A DNA stretch of 33,248 nt from Acidobacteriota bacterium (GCA_035528515.1 DATKYL010000063.1:1-33248), one strand, 5' to 3'; counted from the first letter of the stretch, positions 1-8,739 are shown. Made by a program: numbers and translations. The notes: generated by a model not told the origin, from the sequence alone.

Positions 1-2
1 CC

Positions 3-548
3 GGCGATCTCCTCATACTGACCAAGCCGATCGGAACCGGGATCGTGGTGGAGGGTGTCCGGGGCGGGAAAATCAGCGAAGCTGACGTGCGCCCGGTCTT
101 CGAGCGAATGGCGGTCCTGAACAAGGCCGCGGCCGAGACGATGAACCGCTTCGACGATGTCCACGCGGCGACCGACATCACCGGTTTTGGTCTCGGCGGG
201 CACGGGTGGGAGATGGCATCGGGCAGCAGAGTCGGGCTGCGCTTCGAGTTCACTTGTGTCCCGCGCTGGCCGGTTGCCGAGGATCTGGTCGCGCGAGGAA
301 TACGGAGCGGCGTCCGCCTGTCCGATGAACAGGAGACCCAGCCGAAGCTCGTGTTCGATCCATCCCTGACGCCCGAGCAGCAGATGTTCCTCCTCGATCC
401 GCAGACCTCGGGCGGACTTCTAATAGCCGTTGCGGCCGACAGCGCCGAGACGCTCTGCGCTCAACTGGTCGATGCGGGGATCGCCGATGCTGCGATCTGC
501 GGCGAAGTCTTCGCGACCGAGCGCCCCCATTTGGAAATCCGGCCTTAA
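3..548 (+). CDS. selD: Selenide, water dikinase (selenophosphate synthetase) SelD, C-terminal half; the 5' end lies outside the window
   Basis: The frame is open from the window edge. The translation GDLLILTKPIGTGI...ATDITGFGLGGHGWEM...LLDPQTSGGLLIAV...EIRP matches, motif for motif, the C-terminal half of E. coli SelD as I recall it (LILTKPLG, TDVTGFGLLGH, DPQTSGGLL). Confidence 0.88.
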   Translation, partial: GDLLILTKPIGTGIVVEGVRGGKISEADVRPVFERMAVLNKAAAETMNRFDDVHAATDITGFGLGGHGWEMASGSRVGLRFEFTCVPRWPVAEDLVARGIRSGVRLSDEQETQPKLVFDPSLTPEQQMFLLDPQTSGGLLIAVAADSAETLCAQLVDAGIADAAICGEVFATERPHLEIRP

Positions 549-660
549 GAAGGTATAATCCGTTTGTCCCGGATGAGGCACCGGCCGATCGGTCGTCCCG
601 GGGCAGAGGGAGTCAGCCATTCGCGTTAAACCGTTTGCCGCCTGGCGGTTCAACCGCGAC

Positions 661-1923
661 GTGGTCGGCGATCCTGCCGCCTGCGTCAGCCCGCCCTTCG
701 ATCAGTTCAATCCCGCTCTGGTAGCCCAGCTCGAGGCGCAGAGCGTCTACAATGTTGCCCGTCTGGTCGCCGCTCCTCCGGGTGGTGGTCCCGACGAGTC
801 GGGGGACTCGTATCGGGAGAAGGCGGCGCTTCTGGACGATTGGATCGCAGCGAAAGCCCTTACCCCGGATGCCTCTCCGGGCATCTACCCCTACACGCAG
901 AAGTACACCCGCAGCGGGCAACGCTTGACCCGTCGCGGGTTCATCGCGGTGGGGGATTTGCGCGACGCTGCCATTCTGCCGCACGAGGCGACGCATGCGC
1001 ATGTGCGGGAGGACCGCGCTCGCCTGCGTCGTGCCACCGCTGTCGATTTCGGACTGATCTTCGTGGTCTATTCCGACCCTACCGGTGAGATTGACCGCAT
1101 CCTGCGTGACTGCGAGGCGACCGAGTGTCTGGTCGAGGCCGAGCAGCCCGACGGCTCACTTCACGAACTGCGTCGTTGCACCGACACACATCGGATCGAG
1201 CGCGTGGTCCGGTCGCTGCGCGATCTGGACTGCGTCATTGCCGACGGTCATCATCGGACCGCGGCCGCGTTCGACGCCTGGCGGGAGGTCGGAGAGGAGC
1301 GCTGGGCCGCGATTATGATGGCGTTTTTCAATGCCGACGCCCCGGGGGTGACGGTGCTGCCGCTTCATCGCGGCGTGGAATGTCCTGCCGGCTGGAAATT
1401 CGACGTCTTCCTGGATCGATTGGCGGAGTTCTTCGAAGTGATCCGGTTCAACGTCGGCGATGCCGCCCCTCGTGATGTCGCTGAGATCTTGGAGGAGCAC
1501 ATACGGGAACGTGCCAAACAGGGCAATATCGCCTTCGGCATGGTGGGCCCCCCGCCCGATGCCGCCTATCTGGTGGAAGCGCCAGCGTCGCCGTCGGCGG
1601 ACTGGCCGTTCCCGGATGCGATGCATCCCGTGGTCCGCGGGATGCCGACTGCGTTGTTTGAAACAGGCGTCCTGCGGGGGGCGCTGCATTTCGAGGATTT
1701 TCAGGTCGATCGAGGCGACCGGCTGCGTTTTCGCAAGGATGCGACTGATCTGGTGATGGAGGTGCGCGAGGGCCAGTATCAGCTCGGGTTCCTGTTGCCG
1801 CCGACCCCGCTTGACGCTGTCTTTGAGGTGGCGCGCCTAAGGCAGAATCTGCCCCAGAAATCGACTTACTTCTTTCCGAAGCTTCTGACCGGTTTGACGG
1901 TGCATCGGATCGAGGCGGCCTAA
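661..1923 (+). CDS. DUF1015 family protein, function unknown
   Basis: The 420-aa ORF carries the family-typical IADGHHR motif. The frame is open back to 577, and the residues just upstream (IRVKPFAAWRFNRD) look like the conserved DUF1015 N-terminus. The true start is therefore probably upstream of the GTG at 661; see the finding on ATT 619. Confidence 0.8.
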   Translation: MVGDPAACVSPPFDQFNPALVAQLEAQSVYNVARLVAAPPGGGPDESGDSYREKAALLDDWIAAKALTPDASPGIYPYTQKYTRSGQRLTRRGFIAVGDLRDAAILPHEATHAHVREDRARLRRATAVDFGLIFVVYSDPTGEIDRILRDCEATECLVEAEQPDGSLHELRRCTDTHRIERVVRSLRDLDCVIADGHHRTAAAFDAWREVGEERWAAIMMAFFNADAPGVTVLPLHRGVECPAGWKFDVFLDRLAEFFEVIRFNVGDAAPRDVAEILEEHIRERAKQGNIAFGMVGPPPDAAYLVEAPASPSADWPFPDAMHPVVRGMPTALFETGVLRGALHFEDFQVDRGDRLRFRKDATDLVMEVREGQYQLGFLLPPTPLDAVFEVARLRQNLPQKSTYFFPKLLTGLTVHRIEAA

Positions 1924-2018
1924 CGTCTCAAATGAATGAGTCATCCCGAGAGGGGCGAGGGATCTGCTTTTTCGGGTGGGGACAAGAAGACACCCGGCAT
2001 TGTCATGCGAATGTGAGA

Positions 2019-2038
2019 CACGGCTCTAAAGAGCCGTG
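2019..2038. terminator. Possible bidirectional hairpin between the convergent DUF1015 and moaE genes
   Basis: There is a perfect 8-bp stem, CACGGCTC-taaa-GAGCCGTG, between the two stop codons. No clear U-tract lies on either side, so this is weak as an intrinsic terminator. Confidence 0.3.
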
Positions 2039-2072
2039 GCACCTGGCGGTGACGCAGTAGACCGTGATTCGC

Positions 2073-2504
2073 TCAGTCGTCTTCCGTCGCCCCCACCCAT
2101 TCCGCTCCGTCGGCGAAATACTCCTTCTTCCAGATCGGCACGCGTTCTTTGAGACGGTCGATTCCGGCGCGGGCGGCCGCGAACGCCGCGTCGCGATGCG
2201 CCGCACCGGCTGACACGACGACGACCAATTCGCCGACGGTCATCTTCCCGATGCGGTGCACGATCGCGAAACGGTTGATCGCGAACTCGCCGCCGATTTC
2301 CAACGCGATCGTGCGCATGAGTTTCTCGGCCATCGGGATGTGAGCGTCGTACTCGAGCGCCACGACCGCCCTGCCGGCGGCGTGGTTGCGCACGACGCCC
2401 GAGAATGAGCAGACCGCGCCATTGGCCGGATCGGCGACCAGCTCCTCGATCTCACCGACCGTAAAGGGCTCAGTGCGGATCGCGATGTGAGGTTCGGCGT
2501 TCAT
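2073..2504 (-). CDS. moaE: Molybdopterin synthase catalytic subunit MoaE
   Basis: The ORF is 143 aa. It has the MoaE-like layout (FTVGEI..., EYDAH..MAEK, VSAGAAHRDAAF.A....IDRLKERVPIWKKE) and lies directly downstream of moaD. Confidence 0.88.
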   Translation of the reverse strand: MNAEPHIAIRTEPFTVGEIEELVADPANGAVCSFSGVVRNHAAGRAVVALEYDAHIPMAEKLMRTIALEIGGEFAINRFAIVHRIGKMTVGELVVVVSAGAAHRDAAFAAARAGIDRLKERVPIWKKEYFADGAEWVGATEDD

Positions 2505-2516
2505 TGCGCCGTCAGG

Positions 2517-2771
2517 CTACCCGCCGGAGACGGGGGGAATGAAGGCGACGCGGTCGCCGTCCTTGAGGGGTGTGTCCGCCGGGACATACTCTTCATTGAC
2601 AGCGAACAGTGTCGCCTCGCGGAGTTTCGGTGTGGTGCGCTGACCGAGGATTTGCCCGAAGAGGTCGGCAACCGACTGATCGGCGTCAATCCGTGCGGTC
2701 ATCTCTGATTGTCCGAGCAGTTCGCGGTAGATCGCGAACAACTGGATGGTGACGGTCACGGTGCCGGTCAT
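2517..2771 (-). CDS. moaD: Molybdopterin synthase sulfur-carrier subunit MoaD (ThiS/MoaD fold)
   Basis: The ORF is 84 aa and ends in ...DGDRVAFIPPVSGG with the diagnostic C-terminal Gly-Gly. It sits between moeB and moaE. Confidence 0.85.
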   Translation of the reverse strand: MTGTVTVTIQLFAIYRELLGQSEMTARIDADQSVADLFGQILGQRTTPKLREATLFAVNEEYVPADTPLKDGDRVAFIPPVSGG

Positions 2772-2773
2772 GG

Positions 2774-3973
2774 CTAATACCTCGGGATGGTGGGATCGAC
2801 TTCAACCGCCCAGCGTTCGATCCCGCCGTCAATGTTCTTCACCCGCTCAAAGCCCTGACCGCGCAGGAAATCGGCGGCGATCCCCGAGCGGATTCCGTAG
2901 TGGCAGAGAACGAGAATTTCCTCATCGCGGCATGGTGCCAGTTCGACCTCCCAGCGGGTGGTCAATTCGCCCAGTGGGATCAGGATCGTGTCGGGCAGCC
3001 GCGAGATTTTGTATTCGATCGGTTCACGTACGTCGAGGATAATCAGGTGGTCGCCGGCGTCGAGACGCCGTCTGACGATGCGTGGTGTAATCCGGTCGTG
3101 GCGGTCGTAGTCCTCGCCGTTCAGGGCGTCCTCGCCCTCGCCCTCGTCCTCGCAGGTGTCGGGGTACGACATCGGCTCGGTGATCGTGGGGTTTTCACCG
3201 CAGAGGGCGCAGGCGGTATTGCGCGCGAGTTTGATCTCTTGGACCTGCATTGCGAGCAGATCGAATATCAAGAGCCGCCCCACCAGAGAATCGCCGATGC
3301 CGCAGATCCATTTGATCGCTTCGGTTGCCTGGATCGAGCCGATCACACCGGGAAGCACGCCCAGGATTCCCGCCTCGGCGCAGGTCGGCACGAATCCCGA
3401 GGGCGGCGGCTCGGGGTAGAGGCAACGGTAGCAGGGACCACGACCCGGCACGAAGAGCGAGACCCGGCCCTCAAAACGCAGGACGCTCCCGTGGACATTC
3501 GGCTTGCCCAGAAGGACGCAGGCATCGTTGACCGCGTAGCGCGTAGCGAAGTTGTCGCTGCCGTCGATCACGATGTCGTACGGCGCCAAAAGCTCTATCG
3601 CGTTGGCGGCCGTCAGGCGGAGCGCGTGCGTTTCGACATTGAGCCGGCTGCTCAGTTCTCTCAGCCGGATCGCGGCGGCCGCGACCTTCTTCCGACCCTC
3701 ATCGGCCTCGGTGAAGAGCGGCTGGCGGTGGATATTCGTCAGATCGACCGCATCGCTGTCGATCAGGCCCAAGGTGCCGACGCCGGCAGCAGCCAGGTAG
3801 GTGGCCGCCGGGCAGCCAAGCCCGCCGACCCCCACGATCGCGACCCGCGCGACGGCAAGCTTCTCCTGGCCTTCGACACCTATCTGGGGGAGCCGCACCT
3901 GGCGCGACCAGCGGCCGACTGGATCGTCTGAGAGAGTCATCGGAGTGTCTTTGTCCGGTTGCTGTCCAATCAC
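2774..3973 (-). CDS. moeB: MoeB/ThiF-type adenylyltransferase fused to a C-terminal rhodanese domain (MoeZ/MoeBR-like)
   Basis: It has the GVGGLGCP dinucleotide-binding loop and the Zn-site cysteine pairs CYRC and CALC. The C-terminal rhodanese region reads ILDVREP.EY...LVLCHYGIRS...GGIERW and carries an active-site Cys. The alternative ATG at 3940 (MTLSDDP) may be the real start. Confidence 0.85.
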   Translation of the reverse strand: MIGQQPDKDTPMTLSDDPVGRWSRQVRLPQIGVEGQEKLAVARVAIVGVGGLGCPAATYLAAAGVGTLGLIDSDAVDLTNIHRQPLFTEADEGRKKVAAAAIRLRELSSRLNVETHALRLTAANAIELLAPYDIVIDGSDNFATRYAVNDACVLLGKPNVHGSVLRFEGRVSLFVPGRGPCYRCLYPEPPPSGFVPTCAEAGILGVLPGVIGSIQATEAIKWICGIGDSLVGRLLIFDLLAMQVQEIKLARNTACALCGENPTITEPMSYPDTCEDEGEGEDALNGEDYDRHDRITPRIVRRRLDAGDHLIILDVREPIEYKISRLPDTILIPLGELTTRWEVELAPCRDEEILVLCHYGIRSGIAADFLRGQGFERVKNIDGGIERWAVEVDPTIPRY

Positions 3974-4041
3974 CGGAGGACCGCCGAGGCCGTTCTGTCA
4001 GCAGTTGCCTCCGGCGAAGACAGAAGATACCTTGGGACGTC

Positions 4042-5037
4042 ATGAAAACCAATCGCCGCCGACCATTTCCGGGAGCCCTCCGCGCAATCACAGCCGGGCT
4101 GGGTCTCCTCGTTCTCCTGTCCGGAGTGCTGGGGTGCGCCAATGACGGGGATCGCCTGGTACTCTCAGGTACCCTGGAGACCTATGATCACGATCTGATC
4201 GCTCCGTTCACAGCCGAACTCTTCGTCCTGTCGGTTCAGGAGGGGGACCGGGTCGCGGCAGGGGATACGCTCGGCGTCCTCGACACGACGGCCGTGTCGG
4301 CCGCGTATCGTGCCGCCGAGGCCGCCGAGGCCGAGGCCGCGGCGCGTCTGGCCGACCTCGAGGCGGGGAGCGATATCGAGAAAATCCGTGGCGCCGCCGC
4401 CCGAGTCGAGATCGCGCGCGCCGCACGCGACCAGACCGAGCGCGACTTCAGGCGGGCCGACTCACTCCTTACTGCCCGGCTGATCGATGCACGAACCCAT
4501 GAGCAGGTCCTTCTGGAGCGGGATAATGCCCAATCGGCGTTGCGGGTAGTCGAGGAGGAGCTGGCCGACCTGCGTCGCGGGGCCCGTGTTTACCAAGTCG
4601 AGGCGGCGCGGGCGGCTTGGGAGCGCGTGCGCGCCGAACTCTCCGCGCGGCGCCGGGATTACGACCAGGCGTTTCTCATCGCCGATCATGCCGGTGTGGT
4701 TCAGTGGCTGCCGTACCAGGTGGGTGAGTATGTCCCGGCTGGACGCGCCGCGGCGACGATTCACGACCCCTCCGATCTGTGGGCCAGGATCTATGTCCCC
4801 GAAGCGCATCTCGACCGGGTCAAACCCGGCGATACGCTGTCGTTCGCGGTGGATGCCCACTTGGATCGGTTGTTCCGGGGGACGGTCGCGCTGGTGTCGG
4901 CCAGTTCGGAATTCACGCCCCGCAACGTGCAGACGCCCGATGAACGTTTGAATCTCGTCTACGGGGTCAAAGTGGTGGTGATGCCGGGTCAGGACGGACT
5001 GCGCGCCGGGATGCCCGCCGATTTCTACATCGAGTAG
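4042..5037 (+). CDS. HlyD-family periplasmic adaptor (membrane fusion protein), probable lipoprotein
   Basis: It has an N-terminal signal with a lipobox-like LGC. This is followed by a hybrid-barrel half, a long Ala/Arg/Glu-rich coiled-coil segment and a second barrel half (PGMPADFYI). It lies immediately upstream of the ABC-2 ATPase and permease genes. Confidence 0.8.
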   Translation: MKTNRRRPFPGALRAITAGLGLLVLLSGVLGCANDGDRLVLSGTLETYDHDLIAPFTAELFVLSVQEGDRVAAGDTLGVLDTTAVSAAYRAAEAAEAEAAARLADLEAGSDIEKIRGAAARVEIARAARDQTERDFRRADSLLTARLIDARTHEQVLLERDNAQSALRVVEEELADLRRGARVYQVEAARAAWERVRAELSARRRDYDQAFLIADHAGVVQWLPYQVGEYVPAGRAAATIHDPSDLWARIYVPEAHLDRVKPGDTLSFAVDAHLDRLFRGTVALVSASSEFTPRNVQTPDERLNLVYGVKVVVMPGQDGLRAGMPADFYIE

Positions 5038-5046
5038 ACCCCCGTC

Positions 5047-6018
5047 ATGAATCGCCCCGACACCCAACCCGCCGTCGAAGTCACGGGGCTGACCAAGCGT
5101 TTTGGGTCGCTCGTTGCGGTCGATAGTATCGACTTCAACATTCGCCGCGGCGAGGTATTCGGTTTCTTAGGGCCGAATGGATCGGGGAAGACGACTACGA
5201 TCCGCATGCTCTGCGGTATTCTCCTGCCCTCGGGAGGATCGGGGACCGTACTTGGGTTCGACGTCAACCGTGAAAGCGAAAAGATCAAGACCCGCATCGG
5301 CTACATGTCGCAGCGCTTTTCGCTCTACGACGACCTGACGGTCCACGAGAACCTGCGGTTCTACGCCGGGGTGCAGATGGTCCCCCGCGCCAGACAATCC
5401 GAGCGCATCGCCGCGATGGTCCGTCTGTCCGAATTGGAGGACCGGCGCGATCAGCTCGCCGGGCAGTTGTCGGGCGGGTGGAAGCAGCGGCTGGCCTTAG
5501 CGTGCGCGCTGATTCACGAGCCGGACATGGTCTTTCTCGACGAGCCGACCTCCGGGGTCGACCCGGTTTCGCGCCGCCGTTTCTGGGACATGATCTACCA
5601 CATCTCCGACGAGGGGACCACGGTTCTGGTCACGACCCACTACATGGACGAGGCCGAGCAGTTCGACCGGATGGTCTTCATTTACAGCGGCCGCCTGATC
5701 GCCGGGGGAACGCCCGCCGATCTGAAGCGCGATTCGTTTCACGCGCGACTGTGGGATATCGATTGCGCGCCGGTTGCCGCGGCAGCGGAACTGCTGCGTA
5801 ATCATCCGCAGGTGCAGGATGTCTCGATCCCCGGCAACGTGCTGCACGTCACCACCGCGCTTGACTTCGCCGATCCCGGCGTGTTCGTGAAGGCGCTGAC
5901 GGACGGGGGCATCAAGGTGCGTTCGGTTGAAGAAGCGTCGGCGTCGCTGGAAGATGTCTTCGTTTACCTGACGCGGACGCTCGAGAACGAGAGCCGGCAT
6001 GCGGGAGGCGCCCCATGA
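5047..6018 (+). CDS. ABC transporter ATP-binding protein (ABC-2 / drug-exporter type)
   Basis: It carries Walker A GPNGSGKTT, the signature LSGGWKQR, Walker B VFLDEPTSGVD and the H-loop TTHYM. Its stop overlaps the permease start (ATGA at 6015-6018). Confidence 0.9.
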   Translation: MNRPDTQPAVEVTGLTKRFGSLVAVDSIDFNIRRGEVFGFLGPNGSGKTTTIRMLCGILLPSGGSGTVLGFDVNRESEKIKTRIGYMSQRFSLYDDLTVHENLRFYAGVQMVPRARQSERIAAMVRLSELEDRRDQLAGQLSGGWKQRLALACALIHEPDMVFLDEPTSGVDPVSRRRFWDMIYHISDEGTTVLVTTHYMDEAEQFDRMVFIYSGRLIAGGTPADLKRDSFHARLWDIDCAPVAAAAELLRNHPQVQDVSIPGNVLHVTTALDFADPGVFVKALTDGGIKVRSVEEASASLEDVFVYLTRTLENESRHAGGAP

Positions 6019-7136
6019 ACCTGTGGCGTTTCCTGGCGATCGCGCAGAAGGAATTCATCCAGATGCGGCGGGATCGCGTCACCTTCGCGATCATGCTCGG
6101 CATCCCGATCATCCAGATCATCCTGTTCGGCTACGCCATCAACACGGTGGTCGATCATATTCCGCTGGTCGCCTGCGATCTGTCGCATTCCAATGCGGGA
6201 CGCGAACTCATTCAGCGGCTGGTGAACACGACCTACTTCGATCTGGTCGCCGAAGTTGACAGCTACGATGAGGCCAAGGCGACGGTCAGCCGCGAGGAGG
6301 CCAAAGCGGCGGTGCTGATCCCGCCCGACTATCCGCGCATGCTCAAGCGCGGCAGCGCGCAGGTCGGACTCCTGGTCGACGCCGCCGATCCGCTGCTCGC
6401 GCAGTCGGCGATGTCGACCGCGGCCCAGCTCGGGCAGACGATGAATATCGAGATTCTCAAGGGCGACCTGTTCGGTTCAGGCCCGGCGGCGTTCCCGATC
6501 GATGTCCGCGCCCGCGCCCTCTACAACCCGAGCCTCGATTCGCCGACGTACATCGTTCCCGGCCTGATCGGTGTCATCCTCACGATGACGATGGTTCTGA
6601 TCACCGCCGCCGCGATTGTGCGCGAACGCGAACGCGGCACCCTCGAAAGCCTGATCACGACGCCGGTTTCGAAGATCGAACTGATGGTCGGCAAGATCCT
6701 GCCGTACATCGTGGTCGGCTACGTCCAGATGACGTTCATCCTCCTGGTCGGCTGGCTGTTTTTTGGGGTGGGCGTGCAGGGGAGTTGGTTTCTGCTCTAC
6801 GGCGTCGGGTTTCTCTTCATCGTCGCCAGTCTCGGCGTGGGGATGGTCCTCTCGACGCTGGGGAAGAACCAGCTTCAGACGATGCAGATGGCGTTCTTTT
6901 TCTTCCTGCCCAACATTCTCTTGTCCGGGTTCATGTTCCCGGTCTCCTCGATGCCGTGGATCGTTCGGAAGATCGCGGCGGCCCTGCCGCTGACCTATTT
7001 CCTCGTCGTCCTGCGCGGCATTGTGCTCAAAGGCACCGGCTTCCCCGAACTCTGGCCGCACATCTGGCCGCTCTTGATTTTTGCCCCGCTGATGGTGAGT
7101 CTGGGTGTGATGATGTTCTCGAAGAAGCTGTCGTAG
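6015..7136 (+). CDS. ABC-2 type transporter permease
   Basis: The ORF is 373 aa. An N-terminal TM helix is followed by a roughly 150-aa extracytoplasmic loop and then a cluster of 5 C-terminal TM helices. This is typical ABC-2 architecture, and the gene is translationally coupled to the ATPase. Confidence 0.85.
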   Translation: MNLWRFLAIAQKEFIQMRRDRVTFAIMLGIPIIQIILFGYAINTVVDHIPLVACDLSHSNAGRELIQRLVNTTYFDLVAEVDSYDEAKATVSREEAKAAVLIPPDYPRMLKRGSAQVGLLVDAADPLLAQSAMSTAAQLGQTMNIEILKGDLFGSGPAAFPIDVRARALYNPSLDSPTYIVPGLIGVILTMTMVLITAAAIVRERERGTLESLITTPVSKIELMVGKILPYIVVGYVQMTFILLVGWLFFGVGVQGSWFLLYGVGFLFIVASLGVGMVLSTLGKNQLQTMQMAFFFFLPNILLSGFMFPVSSMPWIVRKIAAALPLTYFLVVLRGIVLKGTGFPELWPHIWPLLIFAPLMVSLGVMMFSKKLS

Positions 7137-7145
7137 GGGGGGGGA

Positions 7146-7787
7146 TTGACGGACAAGTGTGTCTATTGCAGATGCAGAGCGGCGACCGAGAGAGATCATG
7201 TCGTTCCGCGGGAACTCTTTCCGAAACCGAGACCGCAGTTAATAACGGTCCCAGCATGCGAGGAGTGCAATAGAGGATACTCAAAGGACGAGGAGTTCTT
7301 CCGTCTCATTGTGACAGGCGATGTGCGGGTCGTCTACCGCAGTGACGACGCCCGATCTCTATTGGAGGGACCTGTGTTGCGTTCCCTCGAACGCAGTCCA
7401 GGTCTACGGAACCTGCTTCTGGATAACGTCGTTGGCCTTGTCCCAGTGAACCTGGACGGAACTGGTTCGCAGGATTCCTTCGCCATTGAGTATGATGTGG
7501 AAAGGCTGAAGCGTGTTATTGAGAAGATGGTCTTGGGTCTGTTTTACCACGAGTTTTCCATGTACGTCCCTCTTGATCATCGCGTTCTTCCCCGCGTCAG
7601 TCATGATCCTAGACGTATGCCTGAAGAACTCAACCGATGGATTACCCGTGGAAATGTTAGGGCGATCGGGAGGGAATTTGGTTATCTATTCAGACGATTC
7701 AAGAACAGCGAGTACGCCTCGATTTGGTACCTTTGCTTTTACGACGCGTGGTTTGCAGCCGCCACGATCAGAAGCCCGGATTCGTAA
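7146..7787 (+). CDS. HNH-motif nuclease-like protein with an uncharacterised C-terminal domain, carried on a low-GC insert
   Basis: It has a TTG start. The N-terminus is CVYCRC...ERDHVVPR...CEECN, that is CxxC...DH...CxxCN, the HNH/zinc-finger pattern. I do not recognise the remaining roughly 160 aa. GC drops sharply relative to the neighbours; see the finding. Confidence 0.6.
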   Translation: MTDKCVYCRCRAATERDHVVPRELFPKPRPQLITVPACEECNRGYSKDEEFFRLIVTGDVRVVYRSDDARSLLEGPVLRSLERSPGLRNLLLDNVVGLVPVNLDGTGSQDSFAIEYDVERLKRVIEKMVLGLFYHEFSMYVPLDHRVLPRVSHDPRRMPEELNRWITRGNVRAIGREFGYLFRRFKNSEYASIWYLCFYDAWFAAATIRSPDS

Positions 7788-7836
7788 TCCCCAAGGCGCG
7801 TACGCGCTGATCCTGAGTTGTCCCTGGAGGCCCCAA

Positions 7837-8610
7837 ATGACCAACCCCATCCTCGAATCACTCCTCAATCGCAAATCGATCCGCAAGTACACGGATCAGG
7901 TCCCGACCGATGAGGTCGTCCAAACCCTTGCCCGGGCAGCGCAGCAGGCGCCGTTTGCCACGCAGTCGTGCAGCCTGCTTTTGACCCGCAGGCGCGAGAA
8001 GCACCCGTTTCGGGCGCCGCTGTTCTTCACGATCTGCGCCGACCATCACCGGCTCGGACTGATCATGGCCAAACGCAACTGGCGGATCGTGACGAACGAC
8101 GCGATGCTCTTCTTCTACGGTCTCCAGGATGCCTGCCTGATGGCGGAGAACCTGGTGGTCGCCGCGGAGAGTCTCGGAATGGGAAGCTGCTTTATCGGGC
8201 AGGATGAAGCCAGCATCAAGCGGCTTCGCAAGCAGTACAAGCTCCCGCCCAGGGTCCTCCCGGTCGTGCAACTGACGGTCGGGTATCCCGCCGAAGACCC
8301 ACCGCCGCGTCCGCGCTACCCGCTCGATTTCTTCCTCTTCGAGGATGTCTATCCCGAGTTCACCGACGAGCAGATCGAGCGGGCGATGGCGGTCATGGAT
8401 GACGGCTACATGGGGCAGGACTACTACCGCAAGGCCCGCCTCATTCTTCCGTTGGAGGGTGGCCGCGAGGAGACATTCACCCACGACACCTATGGCTGGA
8501 CCGAGCACATCTCGCGCAAGTGGGGGCAGTGGCACGCATCACCGGCGGCATTGCTGCAGCAGTTCGCCGAGTGCGGCTTTGACATCGCGCGGGATCGGTC
8601 AGCCACGTAG
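7837..8610 (+). CDS. Nitroreductase-family protein with a C-terminal extension
   Basis: Beginning at ATG 7837 it reads MTNPILESLLNRKSIRKYTDQ.P, the classic nitroreductase N-terminus. Later motifs include QAPFA.Q and ESLGMGSCFIG. The longer tracked ORF from 7513 overlaps the HNH gene and is rejected. Confidence 0.8.
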   Translation: MTNPILESLLNRKSIRKYTDQVPTDEVVQTLARAAQQAPFATQSCSLLLTRRREKHPFRAPLFFTICADHHRLGLIMAKRNWRIVTNDAMLFFYGLQDACLMAENLVVAAESLGMGSCFIGQDEASIKRLRKQYKLPPRVLPVVQLTVGYPAEDPPPRPRYPLDFFLFEDVYPEFTDEQIERAMAVMDDGYMGQDYYRKARLILPLEGGREETFTHDTYGWTEHISRKWGQWHASPAALLQQFAECGFDIARDRSAT

Positions 8611-8739
8611 GTCAGGAGCCCCGCGCTCGCAATTGAACGTGATTCGCACGTATTGGCGGGGAGCGCGGTGCTCTTGACCTACAATCCCCGCATCCCGGTT
8701 GTCATTTCCGCGGGAGCGGGAATTCAGCAACGCTTTCGA

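Noticed and set aside
45-1923. In-frame TGA (selenocysteine) recoding near selD.
   Set aside because: All convincing CDSs in the window read through without needing an internal TGA, and I saw no SECIS-like hairpin following an in-frame TGA. The N-terminal Sec/Cys position of SelD itself lies outside the window.
2900-3931. A 343-aa plus-strand ORF antisense to moeB. Similar long antisense or out-of-frame ORFs occur elsewhere: 6477-7199, 7858-8535, 10434-11735, 13305-14156, 15384-16208, 15556-16260, 19639-20259, 20618-21364, 21522-22193, 21778-22536, 22575-23168, 23899-24483, 26215-27012, 27268-28083, 30306-31151, 31170-32228 and 32188-33012.
   Set aside because: Each lies opposite to, or out of frame with, a gene that has clear family motifs or clear paralogy. 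Their translations are Arg/Gly/Pro/Asp-rich low-information sequence, typical of shadow ORFs in high-GC DNA. None shows a recognisable motif.
4042-7136. The HlyD/ABC-2 exporter as part of a novel system.
   Set aside because: This is a standard three-gene adaptor/ATPase/permease arrangement with canonical motifs. Nothing unusual was seen apart from the foreign gene inserted at its 3' end.
7513-7836. An N-terminal extension of the nitroreductase ORF (the tracked ORF spans 7513-8610, 365 aa).
   Set aside because: The extension overlaps the 3' half of the HNH-motif gene in another frame. The canonical nitroreductase N-terminus (MTNPILESLLNRKSIRKY) begins exactly at ATG 7837.
8611-8739. A hairpin CCGCGCTC...GAGCGCGG as a terminator between the nitroreductase and the convergent membrane-protein gene.
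   Set aside because: The 8-bp stem encloses a loop of about 33 nt and has no flanking U-tract. It is too weak to call a terminator.
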